A DNA stretch of 64,000 bases from Eremomyces bilateralis CBS 781.70 (taxonomy: Eukaryota). The translations under genes and the position numbers were made by a program. Under the pieces are notes generated by a model. The model worked only from the letters and a program-made list of their open reading frames with translations. It was not told the origin of the DNA and made no database searches. The stretch is taken from the NCBI GenBank assembly GCA_010015585.1, contig ML975152.1. One strand, written 5' to 3'. Positions 11,513-24,772 of the stretch are shown piece after piece (position 1 is the first letter of the stretch; every line of letters starts with the position of its first letter).

Positions 11513-12417
11513 GATTGGCTTGAATTACTCCAAGACGACTGAGGATGTCTTCAGATACAGGAACCCCTCACCCCGTCCTCAAGTGCTCCACGAACACGTC
11601 CTAGGTGGCGGCGGGGGTAGGTTCGGTAGTGGTCTTGTTGGGCCTCCTGAAGAGATTGACAAATTTCCTGAGGGAGGCTCTCGCTCGAGAACGAAGTCTT
11701 CGAAACATGTGGAATATCAATAAACTGAAAAATAAGGACCAAGGAACGGACGGAATATGTGGGTTTGGATGAGCTGAGATGGAAGATGTTGGAGTTTGAA
11801 GAGCGAAAACAATGGAAGACAGCAATAGATCCTGGTTGATATAGTAGCGACTGGTATGCATATCCAAACGAGAAACAGCCATCGTATCTATTGCGGTAAG
11901 TACGATACCGAGTCATACCCTTCCCACTTGCCCATAAGTATAGATACTCTTTTGTCTATCGTCTGACGGGCTGCAAAGAATGACGAGTGGTTAGGAGATG
12001 TCACCGGCTTGATCATATGCGTAGGTTTCTGAATGCGTCTCAATTCATCAGCAAGACATTACTTAGTACACATACAGTAACTATAACTGTCGCTAAACTG
12101 AAGTCGGCACTTCATTGTAGAACATCATAGGACTACAGAAGTAACATCTGATCTGGTTGGAAGGTGTGTTGTAACTTGTAAGTCGTAACTAGTAACTAAC
12201 TTAAGGTGGTTGGGAAATTTGGGATTGCTCACTCAGCCCCTGCCAGCAGAGCAGAGGTTACTGTAGTTCAGGTTGATGCCCCAGGCCATAAGGCGACAAC
12301 GTGTATCACCGAGCTGACTGACTAGCGCATTTCCAAGTCTCCAGATTGCTTCATACACGAGTATTGTTATACGGGAAGTCTAACTAAAGGATACCGCTAT
12401 TCTTGTTTACTGACAAT

Positions 12418-13156
12418 ATGCCACCAGTAAGTACCTTCAACCTTATTTCCAGTACATATGCTAATCCTTATACCAGCGCTTCCAGACTAATCCTGCTCCT
12501 TTGGTAAGCTACCGCTCCTGGTGTCTGGGTCGACGATATTGACCAAGTAATACAGACCGAGAGCGCAAAGGAGGCAAGAAAATCATTCTTCTGTCAGTTC
12601 ACGCTCGCTTCTTCTGTGATTTATGGCTTCTTCTAACAATGGGCAGGCGAGCTATGTCAGAAAGGTTACAGTCGAATGAATGAATTTGAAGCTCATGAAT
12701 CATCCTATGACCACCAGCACAAACGAGTAAGAATTCCTCGCTCAACTGACGGACCTAGATTTCTACTGTTCAATCCAAGGCTGGAGGCCCCGTGCTAACA
12801 TGTCGAAGCGACTGAAAGAAATGAAGCAGATGCAGAAGGACCCCAACGCGCTCGACCGAGCGCGACGAGCGGAACGGAAAGCGGACGAGAAATCGGGACT
12901 GATCTCCATTAAGCCGATGGCGGAAGGCACAGGCGGAAGCCGAGGAGGGTTCAAAAAAGGGGGATTCAAAAGCGCGTTTGGCTCCGCGGATCCCACACCA
13001 GCGGAATCAAAGCCTTCGGGCGGGTTCAAGAAAGTCTTTCCTGAAGACGAACCGAAATCGAAGCCGGACGAAGACGAATATGATTCGGATGATGTGGGCT
13101 ACGAATATTATGACCCCGCGAGGCCGACGGGCTGTGATGAGCATTGTGCGGCGTGA
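12418..13156 (+). CDS. Small C2H2 zinc-finger protein (ZNF804/GPATCH8-like finger), 5 exons
   Basis: Spliced read MPP|RFQTNPAPL|TESAKEARKSFFC|ELCQKGYSRMNEFEAHESSYDHQHKR|RLKEMKQM...GGFKKGGFKSAF. Donors GTAAGT, GTAAGC, GTCAGT, GTAAGA; most introns have a CTAAC/CTAAT branch point. Confidence 0.82.
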
Positions 13157-14801
13157 CATTGAGATGGCTCCATTCTATCATTTGGTCGGACTCCAGTTTC
13201 TTACACTCTGGAGGGGGAGAAGTCTTCTTATTCTCACCATCGGTGCACCTGTTGCAGAAGGGAACCGCCCCAGCAACACCCAATTCCCTAAGTGGTGTAC
13301 CAAAGAACGCAGCATCGAGCTTCTGAAGTGATGCCGCATTCGTCGGCTGCGAGTCAATGCCAGCCATGAGGTCGCGACCGGGTGAACGACTCATATTGCA
13401 TCGGATACAGCGCGCAGACCGGTCGGCAAGTCCTATCGAGAAATCATTCATGATTGATAGATGATTATTACATGGACCAGTGGGGACATTTGCAGGATAG
13501 CGATCGGTAAATGAATGGATGGCAGGGGCAATAAAGAATGTGTCTGAGCACCAAGATGGCGAAGATCCCGAGGGAGGACCTCACCATTGTGAGAGTTCCA
13601 TTCCTGGTGCATCACCGGATTTGGTAGTGCATTCAAGGCCAATAGACACGAGGTGGAACATGCTTACTGAGACCTCTTAAGGCCGATATTTAAGCAGCAT
13701 AAGCAGCATTTTAAGGCTGCATGGATTGATTTCGACGGACAGATGGCAGTCGGCATCGTGTCTCACCATCATAGAGCAGCTGGCCTGCGGTAAGCAAGGT
13801 CAAGCTCCAGGGTCGCATACCTGTAATTTGATTGAGCCCAGCGGTCCTTTGGGAGTTGGGACCAACCGACCAAATGGCAAACAAAGCACATACATTAGCA
13901 TTGTGCAGCCAAGAGCGAATGTCTAGACTCCTCTCTCACAAGTCATAGTCTGGTGAATAGAAGGTTGCTACGCAGATCAAGACTTATTAGTTATTGTGGA
14001 CGCATACTGCCATGTCATGCTCCTTGCTGCTCCGCGGCTAGTAATTACCGTACAAAAAGTACGGATACCTGACAGGTACGTACCGAACTACCGCAGCAAT
14101 TGATAGGAAATACGGAATAGGATGGGCCGGGTGGCCCAGCAGACCAGCACATGGAGCACACCACGTATTGATTCACGTAATTACTGTGGTAGCATGGTGG
14201 TAGCGCAAACTAGTGTAGCAGTAAGAGTGTAAGACTGACTGGTTGTTCCACACATCTGATCCCAGATGTCGTCTTTCAACTGCTTTGAATCCTAACAACA
14301 ACCTTCTTTCCATTCATCCATTCTCCTCCTCCTGAGCGCTGCTATTCCCCAAACCTAGCGCAGTCGTGAAATCTCACGGCTTGCCTCCTCCTCTTCAGCT
14401 ACTGCATCGGGCTGACGGCTGTTGAGTTGCTTGCATCAAGTCCGCTCCCACTATTGTCCATTGGCGCAGCAGCCCCTCAGTACGATTCATCGTCAGACAT
14501 TCACCAGACCTTTCTCCTGTTCTGCCCGCTATTTATCACTTTCGCACGCGATTCCTCAACTTGACTCACCTCAGTTCCTGCTCCCAGTCGGTTTGCCTGC
14601 GAGCTGTCACTACTCATGATCGAGCCGCTGAGCAACGTTCCTGGGCGCTGTTAGGCGCTTCTTGCAAGAAAGCCACCGCTTGCTGCGCAACCGGAATGCG
14701 ATATAGCGTGACCGTGGAACTGTGACAACCGGCTCCTTGACCATCAGAAATTCGCGACCGCCTCCTTCCCCATTTCTCCTACGGGTATCGGCGCATCAGC
14801 C

Positions 14802-17800
14802 ATGGATCATCAGCAATGGAATTCGTACGCCGAGAGCCCGTTGACGACCCGCTCACGATACGCTCCACAGACCGTCCCGTCACAACAGCCTCCACCGTCG
14901 ACTGCGAACCATAGCCACAACAGCAGCACTGGCCTAAACGACGCCTTAGCGGCGCCGCAGATGGGCCCGCGAGCGCCAACAATGCCGCTATCTGCTCCAC
15001 CACAGCAAGCGGCTCATCGACCGGAATACAACGGCCAGGGCGATGGAGACGGGGATGTGCAGATGGAGGACGCAGATCTGTATAAGCTCAAGCAAGCGTC
15101 TCAGACCGGAGGCCATCGTCGGATGCATTCGTCCCAGCTTGTCCAGCAGGAAGAATCCTCGGCTGCACGACGATATTCTCCCATGAATCTATCACCCGCC
15201 TCTCCATACGCGTCGATGCCTCCCCCACAATCCAACACGACCGCTTCTTATACAAGCTACACGCCACAAGTCCAATCGCGCCAGTCTCCCACTCGCCCGA
15301 ACTCCTACATGTCACCTTCTCAGACGTACTATTCTCCGCCTGGTACAGACCCCGACTACTTTGGACGGGATCTCGGACTGACCGATACTTCAGCTACTCG
15401 ACCGCATGCACCGCAACTCCCGCCGATCCAGTCGAATATGGGTCCAGAAGCCCATTTTCAGCCAAGTCAGATGGCGCAGCTTAATGCTGTGTACAGCAGA
15501 GAGCCAAGATCTCCACGGCCGATCCAGACACCGGTTGTTCAATCCGTCGCTGGCCCACCACTTCCGGTGCCAAAATTCCAGAAATGCACGACCGTCTCGT
15601 CGCTTGTGCCGAGCATCAATGAGCAACCGCCATTCCGTCGCGCAAACCCAGAGGGTGGTTTCATAAGCGTAAGCTTCTTACCGAGATGTTCTGTGCGGAT
15701 TACTGACAGTCCAAGCCCCTCCAAGCGTTGACATCGCATCTTCCTGCGACATATCGGATATGTAACCCTGGGTTCAAATACGAATCGTCGAGAAATCCGC
15801 GCCGAGTGCTCACGAAACCGAGCAAAGGTGTCAAGAATGACGGATATGACAATGAAGATAGCGATTATATTCTTTACGTCAATGACATCCTCGGGTCAGA
15901 AGATGCTGGTCACAAGTAAGGCGATCCAGAAGCAGTCGGCGCGAATCTGTACTTACTGGCGCTAAACAGGAACCGCTACCTGATCTTGGACGTTCTCGGG
16001 CAAGGTACATTCGGCCAGGTCGTGAAATGCCAGAACCTGCGAACACAAGAAGTCATTGCCGTCAAGGTGGTCAAAAACAGAACCGCATACTTCAACCAAA
16101 GCATGATGGAAGTGTCTGTCCTGGACTTGGTACGTGGATTCTTTGATTGAACGGTGGACATGGTCTGACTTTCAGAACAGATCAACAAGCAAATGGACAA
16201 GAACGACGATCACCACCTCCTTCGACTCAAAGATACCTTCATCCACCGCCAGCATCTGTGTCTAGTCTTTGAGCTCCTGAGCGTGAACCTCTACGAGCTG
16301 ATCAAACAGAACCAATTCCGTGGTCTAAGCACGACTCTGGTCCGAGTATTTGCGCAGCAGTTACTCCAGGGTCTGGCTCTGCTCGGAAAGGCCAAACTCA
16401 TCCATTGCGATCTTAAACCCGAAAATATCCTTCTCAAAAAGTGCGTGAGCAGGTGTCCAGTCTATTGACTATGCTAACCTGGGAAAAGCCTCGAGAGTCC
16501 TATTATCAAAATCATTGATTTTGGTTCAGCGTGCGACGAACGGCAAACCGTCTATACATACATCCAGTCTCGATTTTACCGTTCTCCTGAAGTCCTTCTT
16601 GGCTTGCCCTACTCCGCCGCAATCGACATGTGGTCATTAGGTTGCATTGTCGTCGAGTTGTTCCTTGGTCTGCCTCTCTTCCCCGGATCGTCGGAGTACA
16701 ACCAGGTCGCTCGAATTACCGAAATGCTGGGACTGCCGCCGAAATGGATGTTGGAAGTGGGGAAACAATCGGGAGAATTCTACGAGAAGGTCCAGGATGA
16801 GTTTGGGAGAAGAACGTACCGACTGAAGAGTATGGAGCAGTACTCGCGTGAGCACGGGACGAAAGAGCAGCCCAGCAAGAAATACTTCTCTGCTACGACA
16901 TTGCCGGAGATTATCAAGAATTACCCGATGCCACGGAAGAACATGAAACCAGCGGAGATTGAGAGAGGTAGAGTCACTATCCACACCCTTTGATGTATTT
17001 CGCTAACAGCAATAGAAATGGCCAATCGAACAGCATTCATCGATTTTGCCCAAGGGTTACTGAATCTGAACCCACTCGAACGATGGACGCCACAACAAGC
17101 CAAATTGCACCCATTCATTACCCAGACTAAGTTCACTGGTCCGTTTGTGCCTCCGATGCAATATCGAGCCGGAACGAGTAAGTCCCCGGCACCGGGCGTT
17201 CAAGAGCAGCAGCGTGCAGAAATGATGAGCCGACAACGAGAGGCTCAGCAAGCCGCTCAAGTTCAAGCGCAAGCACAAGCTCAGGCCCAGGCCCAGGCAC
17301 AAGCCCAGGCACAACAGAACGCCGCGTACGCACAAATGGCCATGAACCAATACCCCCCCACCCCGCACTCTCAACAGCCAACCCCTATGTACAGCCCCAT
17401 GTACAGCCCGCAAGGCGCACCCCCTCCCTATCAGACCCCCCACCAGACCCCTCAAGCCTACAACCCGCCTCTGAGCATGATGCCGGCCCACAGCCAGCCA
17501 CGCCACTACCAGCAACAGCCCCCGAACCTCTACGCCCAAGCGACCACCCGTGCCGGCCGCCAGCGGTCCTCCACTCTCGACCAACAAGGCAGCGGCGTCC
17601 CCCTGCAGATCCAGCGCGTCATGAGCCACCTCGATCCGAACGCGCCGATCCGGCTGCAGCCCAGCCCGGCATATTACCCGCCGCCTCCGGACGGCATACC
17701 CGAATCCAACAGCTCGCGGCGCCGCGGCAGCCGCACGGGCAACGCGCGGGGCAATCAGAATTTCATCCAGACGTTGGAGGATCGCACGCTCGAGGAGGGG

Positions 17801-17830
17801 TTTATGAACAATACGAATGGGCAGTGGTGA
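14802..17830 (+). CDS. YAK1: DYRK-family protein kinase Yak1, multi-exon
   Basis: [77 protein letters not shown] (DYRK YxY loop), [10 protein letters not shown]-rich C-terminus. Confidence 0.95.
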
Positions 17831-18722
17831 GGGAGGAACGGGCGGTCCCATGGATGGATGGGATTGGGATTAAAAGTGTTGGTTTCACTCCACGGTTTCA
17901 CGGGTTCGGGTCGCACCGTCTGAGGGTCGTGCGGGTGGGATCCTGCGTCGGGCGGTCGTCCGATGTGCTCGAATTCTGTAGCACGCACGAAATGACCTGG
18001 AGAACATGCTCCTCGGATTGCGGGGTCGACCGCGTCTTTCCCATTGCGCAGAGATTGTCGCACCGGACCCCGAAAAGACATGGGTTAGTCTCATTGCGAT
18101 GGGTTTGCGTTTCCTATGAAGGATGTCTAGAGTCGCATGGCGATATTCAGCTAGGATGGTACACAAGGGGACTCAGGAGATGACTATATTATACTTGATT
18201 TGATGATGGTGGAGGTGTGTTCGGAATTCTGGCGACGGCTGTATCGAACGAATGCAGTATGAAATATTCCGATTGTATCTTTTATATTGTGTGCAACTTG
18301 CTTGATTGATTGATTCCTACACCCGTTCGAGCCAACATCTGTCGGCCCACATAGGGAAAGTTGCAACTTGCAAGGAGCCTGAAGTGTGGTGTATTCCGTA
18401 CTTTACAATAAATTGGAGGAATTGGAGCTTTATGCCTTATTGCCTCAATTTGTCTCAGGCACCAAATAAATTATGTAACGTACCAAGGATCAAAGTTAAT
18501 CCGTTCGCTTGAACCCAAAAGCAACTGACCAACCACGTGAATGCCACCGCCCAGCGCAAACTGAGGTGAAACTTGACAGTGAGAGAGGAATACCCTGACG
18601 CCCCTCCACTACCGCGTCCTCCAAATAATTTCACCTCACACCCGAATTTCCATTTCCCTCTCCTGCACCGTCACTGCACCCAACCCAAGTGAACAAGCGG
18701 ACCAGCGGTCAGACCACCCATC

Positions 18723-21404
18723 ATGTCTCGCTTTTTCCACAGCAGCGACAGCTCGAGCGACAGCTCCTCCGGCGAGGAAGAACTCTACAAGTCCGACGCC
18801 GAATCGTCCTCCGGCGATGAATCCGAAGAATCGTCGGAAGAGGAATCCGAAGAATCGTCGGAGGAGGGGTCGGAAGAGTCCTCCAGTGATGAAGAAGATG
18901 GCGAGACCGGGTTAAACCGGTTCTTGAAGGATAAAGAAGAGAGCGAGGAGGAGAGTAGCGATGAGGAAGGGAAAATCACCATTGTCAAGAGCCAGAAGGA
19001 CAAGCGGTACGATGAGTTGGAGGCGACCATCCGACTCATCGAGAATGCGGAGAAGATTAATGACTGGGCGGTGATCTCTTCTGGTGAGCAGCCACAACCC
19101 GATTTGATGGCGACTGGCAACTCTAACATTGATTGTCTCTAGAATTTGACAAGCTGAATCGCATGATCCCCAATCTCATCAAGCAAAATGACGGAAAAGT
19201 CCCGAAAGTCTACGTCAAGGCGATCGCCGACCTGGAGACGACCATGCTCGAGACGATCGAGAAGCAGAAGGTTTCCCCGAAGAAGATGAACGCTATCAAC
19301 ACTCGAGGACTGAACGCCGTTCGTCAGAAAGTCAAGAAAAATAACAAGGACTACGCCAAAGATGTCGAGGCATACCGAGAGGACAAAGATGGCTTCATGG
19401 AGGAGACAGAAGTGGAGCAGATCGTTCAACCGACCCGGAAACCAAAGCGGACGCCCTTGAACGTTGCGGAAGACATGGTCGCTGGCGCAGACGACTCGGG
19501 CTTCACCATGGTGGGTGCCGGTGGCCGAGCGGTGCAATTCACACCCGAGAGCATCTTGAAACACCTGCGGACCATCGTGGAGGCGCGAGGCAAGAAGAAC
19601 ACGGATCGCACCGAGCAGATTCGCGTCATGGAGAAGCTGCTGGAGGTGGCGGTCAACGACTACCAGCGGATCCGGGTTCTGCTCACCGTGATTTCCACTC
19701 GTTTTGACTTGACGTCAGGAGCGGGGAACCATATGCCGGTGGATCAGTGGAAATTGTATGGCGGCTAAACGCAACTTTATGGACCGTGCTAACTATGATT
19801 CCAGGGCCGAGCAAGATTTCGGTAACCTCCTGACCATCCTCGAGACTAACCGCGACATTGTGGTTATCGAAGGCGCAGAGGAGTGGGAAGACGATGATAA
19901 GCAGCCAGTGTTCGTCGAGGGCGAACTCTTCAAAATTCCCGGCAGCATGGTCTCGTTCATTGAGCGGTTAGACGACGAGCTCACGAGGTCGCTCCAGCAT
20001 ATTGACCCGCACACTGCAGAATATGTTGAGCGACTGGCTGATGAGGGCGCTCTCTACAACAACATCGTCCGCGCGCTTCTGTATGTCGAGGTTTTGAAGA
20101 ACAACCCCAAGCTCGAGGCGTCTCAAGATTCCATCAACCGAGTAGTCATGCGCCGACTTGAGCATGTCTACTTCAAGGTATGTTGGTCGTGATCTACACT
20201 TTGAACCCTGCTAACTCCGGGCTAGCCCTCGCAAGTCGTCATCATGCTCGAGGACAATTGCTGGAAGGCAATCCCTGCGGAGCTGGACTCGAAGATCACC
20301 CCACGGGGCGAATCATCCGACACTGCTGCACTCGTCCGAACGCTCTGCACCTATCTCTTCTCGAACAGCGAAGGCATCATTAGGGCGCGCGCCATGCTAT
20401 GCCAGATTTACTTCCTTGCCCTACACGACCAGTACTACAAGGCTCGAGACATGATGCTCATGTCGCATTTGCAAGAGGGCATCAACAACTTCGACGTCAA
20501 CACCCAGATCCTCTACAACCGAACCCTCGTCCAGGTCGGTCTCTGTGCCTTCCGCGCAGGCCTGGTCTGGGAATCTCAAACCGCCCTTCAGGAGATCTGC
20601 GGCAGCAACCGACAGAAGGAGTTGCTTGCACAAGGTCTCCAACTGCAGCGATATTCGCAAATCTCCCCGGAGCAAGAGCGTCTCGAACGCCAACGCCAAC
20701 TCCCATTCCACCTGCACATCAATCTCGAACTCCTCGAATGCGTCTATCTCACCTGCAGCATGCTTCTCGAAATCCCTCTTCTCGCGCAACTCGGCTCCTC
20801 TCCCGAAATCAGGAAGCGCATCATCTCCAAGACCTTCCGTCGTCTCCTCGAGTACTACGAGCGACAGATCTTCACCGGGCCACCGGAGAATACCCGCGAC
20901 CACGTCATGCAGGCGTCAAAAGCCCTGGCCGCCGGCGAATGGAAGCGATCATCCGAGCTTATCAACGCCATCAAGATCTGGGACCTGATGCCGCAGTCGG
21001 CCAAGATCAAGGCCAGCCTCGCCGAGCAGATCCAGCAGGAAGGTCTGCGGACGTACCTCTTCACCTACGCGCCCTACTACGACACCCTCTCCGTCTCCAC
21101 CATCGCCAGCATGTTCGAGCTGAGCGAGAAGAACGTTGCCGCGGTCATCAGCCGCATGATCTCGCACGAGGAGCTGCGCGCTGCGCTCGACCAGGTCACC
21201 GGTACTATCATCTTCCGCAAGGGCGTGGAGATCTCGCGGCTGCAGAGCTTGGCGATCACGCTGAGCGACAAGGCGAGCATGCTGATCGAGTCGAACGAGA
21301 AGGTGCTGGAGCAGAGAACAGGGAACCGGACGAATCAGCCGAGGGGGCGGGGCCAGGGGAAGGGTCGAGGAGGAGGGGGAGATCGTGGGGGAGATCGCAA
21401 TTGA
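18723..21404 (+). CDS. NIP1: Translation initiation factor eIF3 subunit C, ~4 exons
   Basis: MSRFF plus acidic Ser-rich N-terminus, [60 protein letters not shown] domain; introns near 19084-19142, 19756-19804 and 20178-20226. Confidence 0.95.
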
Positions 21405-21971
21405 GTGGTTTGAAAGCAGTGTCATAGGCACAAGGCGTTTTGAACTCGTTTTAATAGCATAACATGAGCATGAACGCGATGCATCGTAAGGTTCATAGTA
21501 TGGTGCTCAAAAGGTTAGCTAGCTTCATAGGTAGCCATCATTCGACTTTGACGTATACAATCCGTTGTCCCATACCACGTGATCAAAGGCGGTAGCGGAA
21601 TGGGGTTGGGTCGCATCAATTCCAAGTCGCCCTGTTGCGATCCCACTTTGGAACGCTGGCGCTAGTTATCATGACAGCTATTCCGTCTCGCAGTCGTTCT
21701 GCCCTTCCTCCTCGGTCTGCGTCAAGACCTATTCTCGACTGATATCAGCCCATTATGGCCGATAACTTCGGGGCGTCTCCATCTTTGCTGCCAATCGGAT
21801 AGCACCTCCTCAATCCTGGTGGGAGCGCGTGCTTCCAGACATATTCTTGGTCGCGGCGCGGCCACGGCATGAATTTCGATATACTCGTACGCCTCCGGAA
21901 AGTTTGATCGCTTCCATGTCATCTTCTCCTTCACGTGGTGATATTCTGAGAGACCGATATCTTCTTGCTCA

Positions 21972-22833
21972 TCACCCGCCCGCGGCCTCGGTGATAAAGG
22001 TTGGAGACCAGTACTCAGCCTCGTCGCATTGCATATCCACCCAGACCAGGCCGTCTGCTAGGAGGTCTTCGATAACCGCCTTCGCTCGTGCCCGTTCCCA
22101 ACGGAGGTTTAACTGCAGCATCGAGACGGTGATATAGCCAAGGACTTGGATGACCTCCAGCACGGTGGATTGGTCAGTGTTGAGCTCTTTGGGGATGGAT
22201 CGTATCATCTGTTTGGTCCCCAGTTTCATGATCGTGAAACCGGATCCTAGAGGTTCGAGCGATTTGACGGCGCGGAGGATATCGTCGCTGTCTACAGTTA
22301 GCACCATATCTGCAATTCAGTCTGTAGAGGCCCACATACTCAGTCACCTCCATGCCGCCTCCGATCGCCTTCCCCTTCTGCACTCTTCGTCGCACCTCAC
22401 CTACGCTCATCATCCCCCCATTCTCCGCTCTTGTATCCCGACACACCTCCACGACCCTCACCCCCAACTCAAAGTAAAAATCATTCACACTTCCCCCCAA
22501 CATCTGACTCCACAGGTTCCCAATCCCCCCTGCCGCCCCCTCCACCACCTTCGCCGTTCCCGTTGGCGGCTTCCGCGCCGACGCCGCCAGCGGATCAACA
22601 CCGATGGCGTTGCACATGCGCGCGAACTCCGCGCGGAAGGTCGGATTCGAGCGGATGTCCTTGCCGTGCGTGATGCTGAACTGGTGAAGGAGCTGTTGGA
22701 AGACGGAGATTTGGGTCTGGAGGGAGTCAACGTGGGCGGCGCGGATGTTGGTGCCGTGGGTGGCGTATTGGGCGGAAGCGACGCTATTGTTGGAGAAGGC
22801 GGCGAGGCCTACGCCGCGGCGGGATGTCGACAT
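21972..22833 (-). CDS. SNF8: ESCRT-II subunit Vps22/Snf8 (EAP30), 2 exons
   Basis: RRGVGLAAF, FRAEFARMCNAIGVDPL, DFYFELGVRVVEVC, ENGG; after an intron near 22290-22337: DDILRAVKSLEPLGSGF, SIPKELNTDQ, GLVWVD...EYW. Confidence 0.93.
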
Positions 22834-23427
22834 TGCGAGGCGGTTTACATGTCATGGGGTTCAAGTACGTTCATCCGTATGGAGAAGAGTGGAATACCCG
22901 TGTCGTTGTAGTTAATGCTTTGCAAGTTGGCTAAGGAGTAGATCTGATGGTGTTTGGTGCATGTTTATCATCACGTGTGAGAACCACAATAATTACAGGC
23001 AGAATATGCGGAACTGTAAAATTGCTGCCGAAAAGGGTGGTATGTGACGCGGTTTTTGGGCGGGATTTCCACACGACCTGGTCACGAAAACCTTCTCTTC
23101 TCCCTTCCAAACACCCTGTAATGTCAAGCGCACGTGACTCTGTCTATCAGTTTCTGGGAGAAGAGTGTCAAGGCTCGAAGTACAAACGTAGCGTTATGTC
23201 ACGAAGATATCAATCTACAACTAGGGCCAAAGAAACTCTGATGAGTTGAACGCAAGGTCAAAGGAGTGTAGACCATGCTTGTTTATATACAATAAGTAGA
23301 TATGTGTCTGTGCACACCCCCGAAAATCACCAAATCTGATCGCCATACACCGTATCTTGAGATACGCTGAAAAACACATACAAATGCAAATTCAGTCTAC
23401 TTTTTTGGTTTCTTAATTGGGAAATAT

Positions 23428-24502
23428 CTAATATTTCGTATGCCACCCTTTTGCCTTGATTACCGCCTGTAGACGTCGCGGAATTGAGTCGATCAGCTCT
23501 CGGATCGTCTCCTGCGGGATCGCCCACCACGCCTCCTTTAACGCCGGATTCATGGCCTCCCGTGCCTCCTCCGAGGCGCCCATCGTCTTCAAATTTAGGG
23601 TGGAGCTCTAGGACCATGGTTTTCAACAGATGCCACATGTGTTCGATGGGGTTGATGTCTGGGGAATTGGCCGGCCAATCGATGACCCAAATGCCGTGCG
23701 TCTCCAGCCATTCTTGGGTGATTTTGGCCGTATGGATCCTTGCGTTATCCTGGATAACAACATCCCCGGGTTCATACGTAGGGAGAAGTCCCTCCTCTAA
23801 CGTAGCGATGTAGGATTTCGCGGAATAGCCCTGTCTTGCGGAGGTTTCGTCGCGGTCCATGATCACCAGGTCTGACCTCCCATCACGCGAGATTGAGCCC
23901 CCTATCATCTGTGAAATGGCCTTACCAGAGGTCTTAGGCTCTACCATTTGCGGATCATATGCCTCGTGGTACAGGCGCCATACCCATACCTGCTTACCGC
24001 CCGCCCCCTTCTCATACGAGCACTCGTCCGTGGAGTGGGTCCGGGAGAAGTCGAATTTAAGGAATTCGTGGGCAAACCGAAGGCGGTCTTTTGCGTGGTA
24101 AGGCTTCAGGTAAGGCCTCTTCCTCGCTCGCCATTTCGTAAGGTGATATTTCTTAAGGGTTCGGTAGATGGTCTTCCTAGGAACGCGGAGGTACGAAATA
24201 CCTGCGAGGAGCTCTCCGTACTCCATTTGAGGAAATCGACGCGCGATTTGAACGATATGCCGTTCGTCAGAGCGTGATAGCTTATGGGGACCCCCTTCAC
24301 GGGGTAAGGATACGGTGGTTTTGTGTTCTTCCCACCTCTCCATAGTCCCATACACCGCGCGTCGAGAGACGCGAAAGTTGCGCGCGATTTCAGTCTTTGG
24401 TTTCCCATCTTCAACAGCCTGAATAATCCCAGCTCTTTGAGAGACTGATAACTCCTTATTAGACCTTCGATTACCACTAATTTCTGTGCCAAAAGACCTC
24501 AT
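23428..24502 (-). mobile_element. Tc1-family (DD34E) transposase with a C-terminal frameshift
   Basis: HTH N-terminus (EIARNFRVSRRAVY), TDECS, QDNARIH-x-WPANSPDINPIE with exactly 34 residues between D and E. The canonical end (LIDSIPRRLQAVIKAKGWHTKY*, stop at 23428) lies in another frame, entered by a 1-nt shift near 23590-23596. Confidence 0.92.
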
Positions 24503-24772
24503 TTTGGTAAAGTTATTGATTGTCCAAGTAAGTGGTGGGTGTAGAGATATCAGCTGAGACTGGGGTCTGTGCGCAGACTCTTGGCTTAGTAGTTAGTGCT
24601 TTACATGGCGGTTAGACCTGTATTGTCAAGTAAAAATAACAAGTCCTACACTCCCAACCAAGGGGCCCCTATTGGCGCAGTGGACTTTCAACATGTATCC
24701 TCCTGGCTCACCGTTCCTCACGGTGACCCTGGTTCCTCCTGTGGCTCCGCCAATTGTTGAGCTTCCTTATAA

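Noticed and set aside
17258..17316. (QA)n repeat in Yak1
   Set aside because: Ordinary low-complexity tract with mixed codons.
21722..21934. 70-aa ORF downstream of SNF8 containing WQQRW, faintly like a LINE fragment
   Set aside because: Too short; no reverse transcriptase or RNase H motifs nearby.
23300..24580. GTCTGTGC-containing segments on both sides of the Tc1 ORF as TIRs
   Set aside because: Only ~11 bp of imperfect inverted similarity, with no TA|CA termini at those positions.
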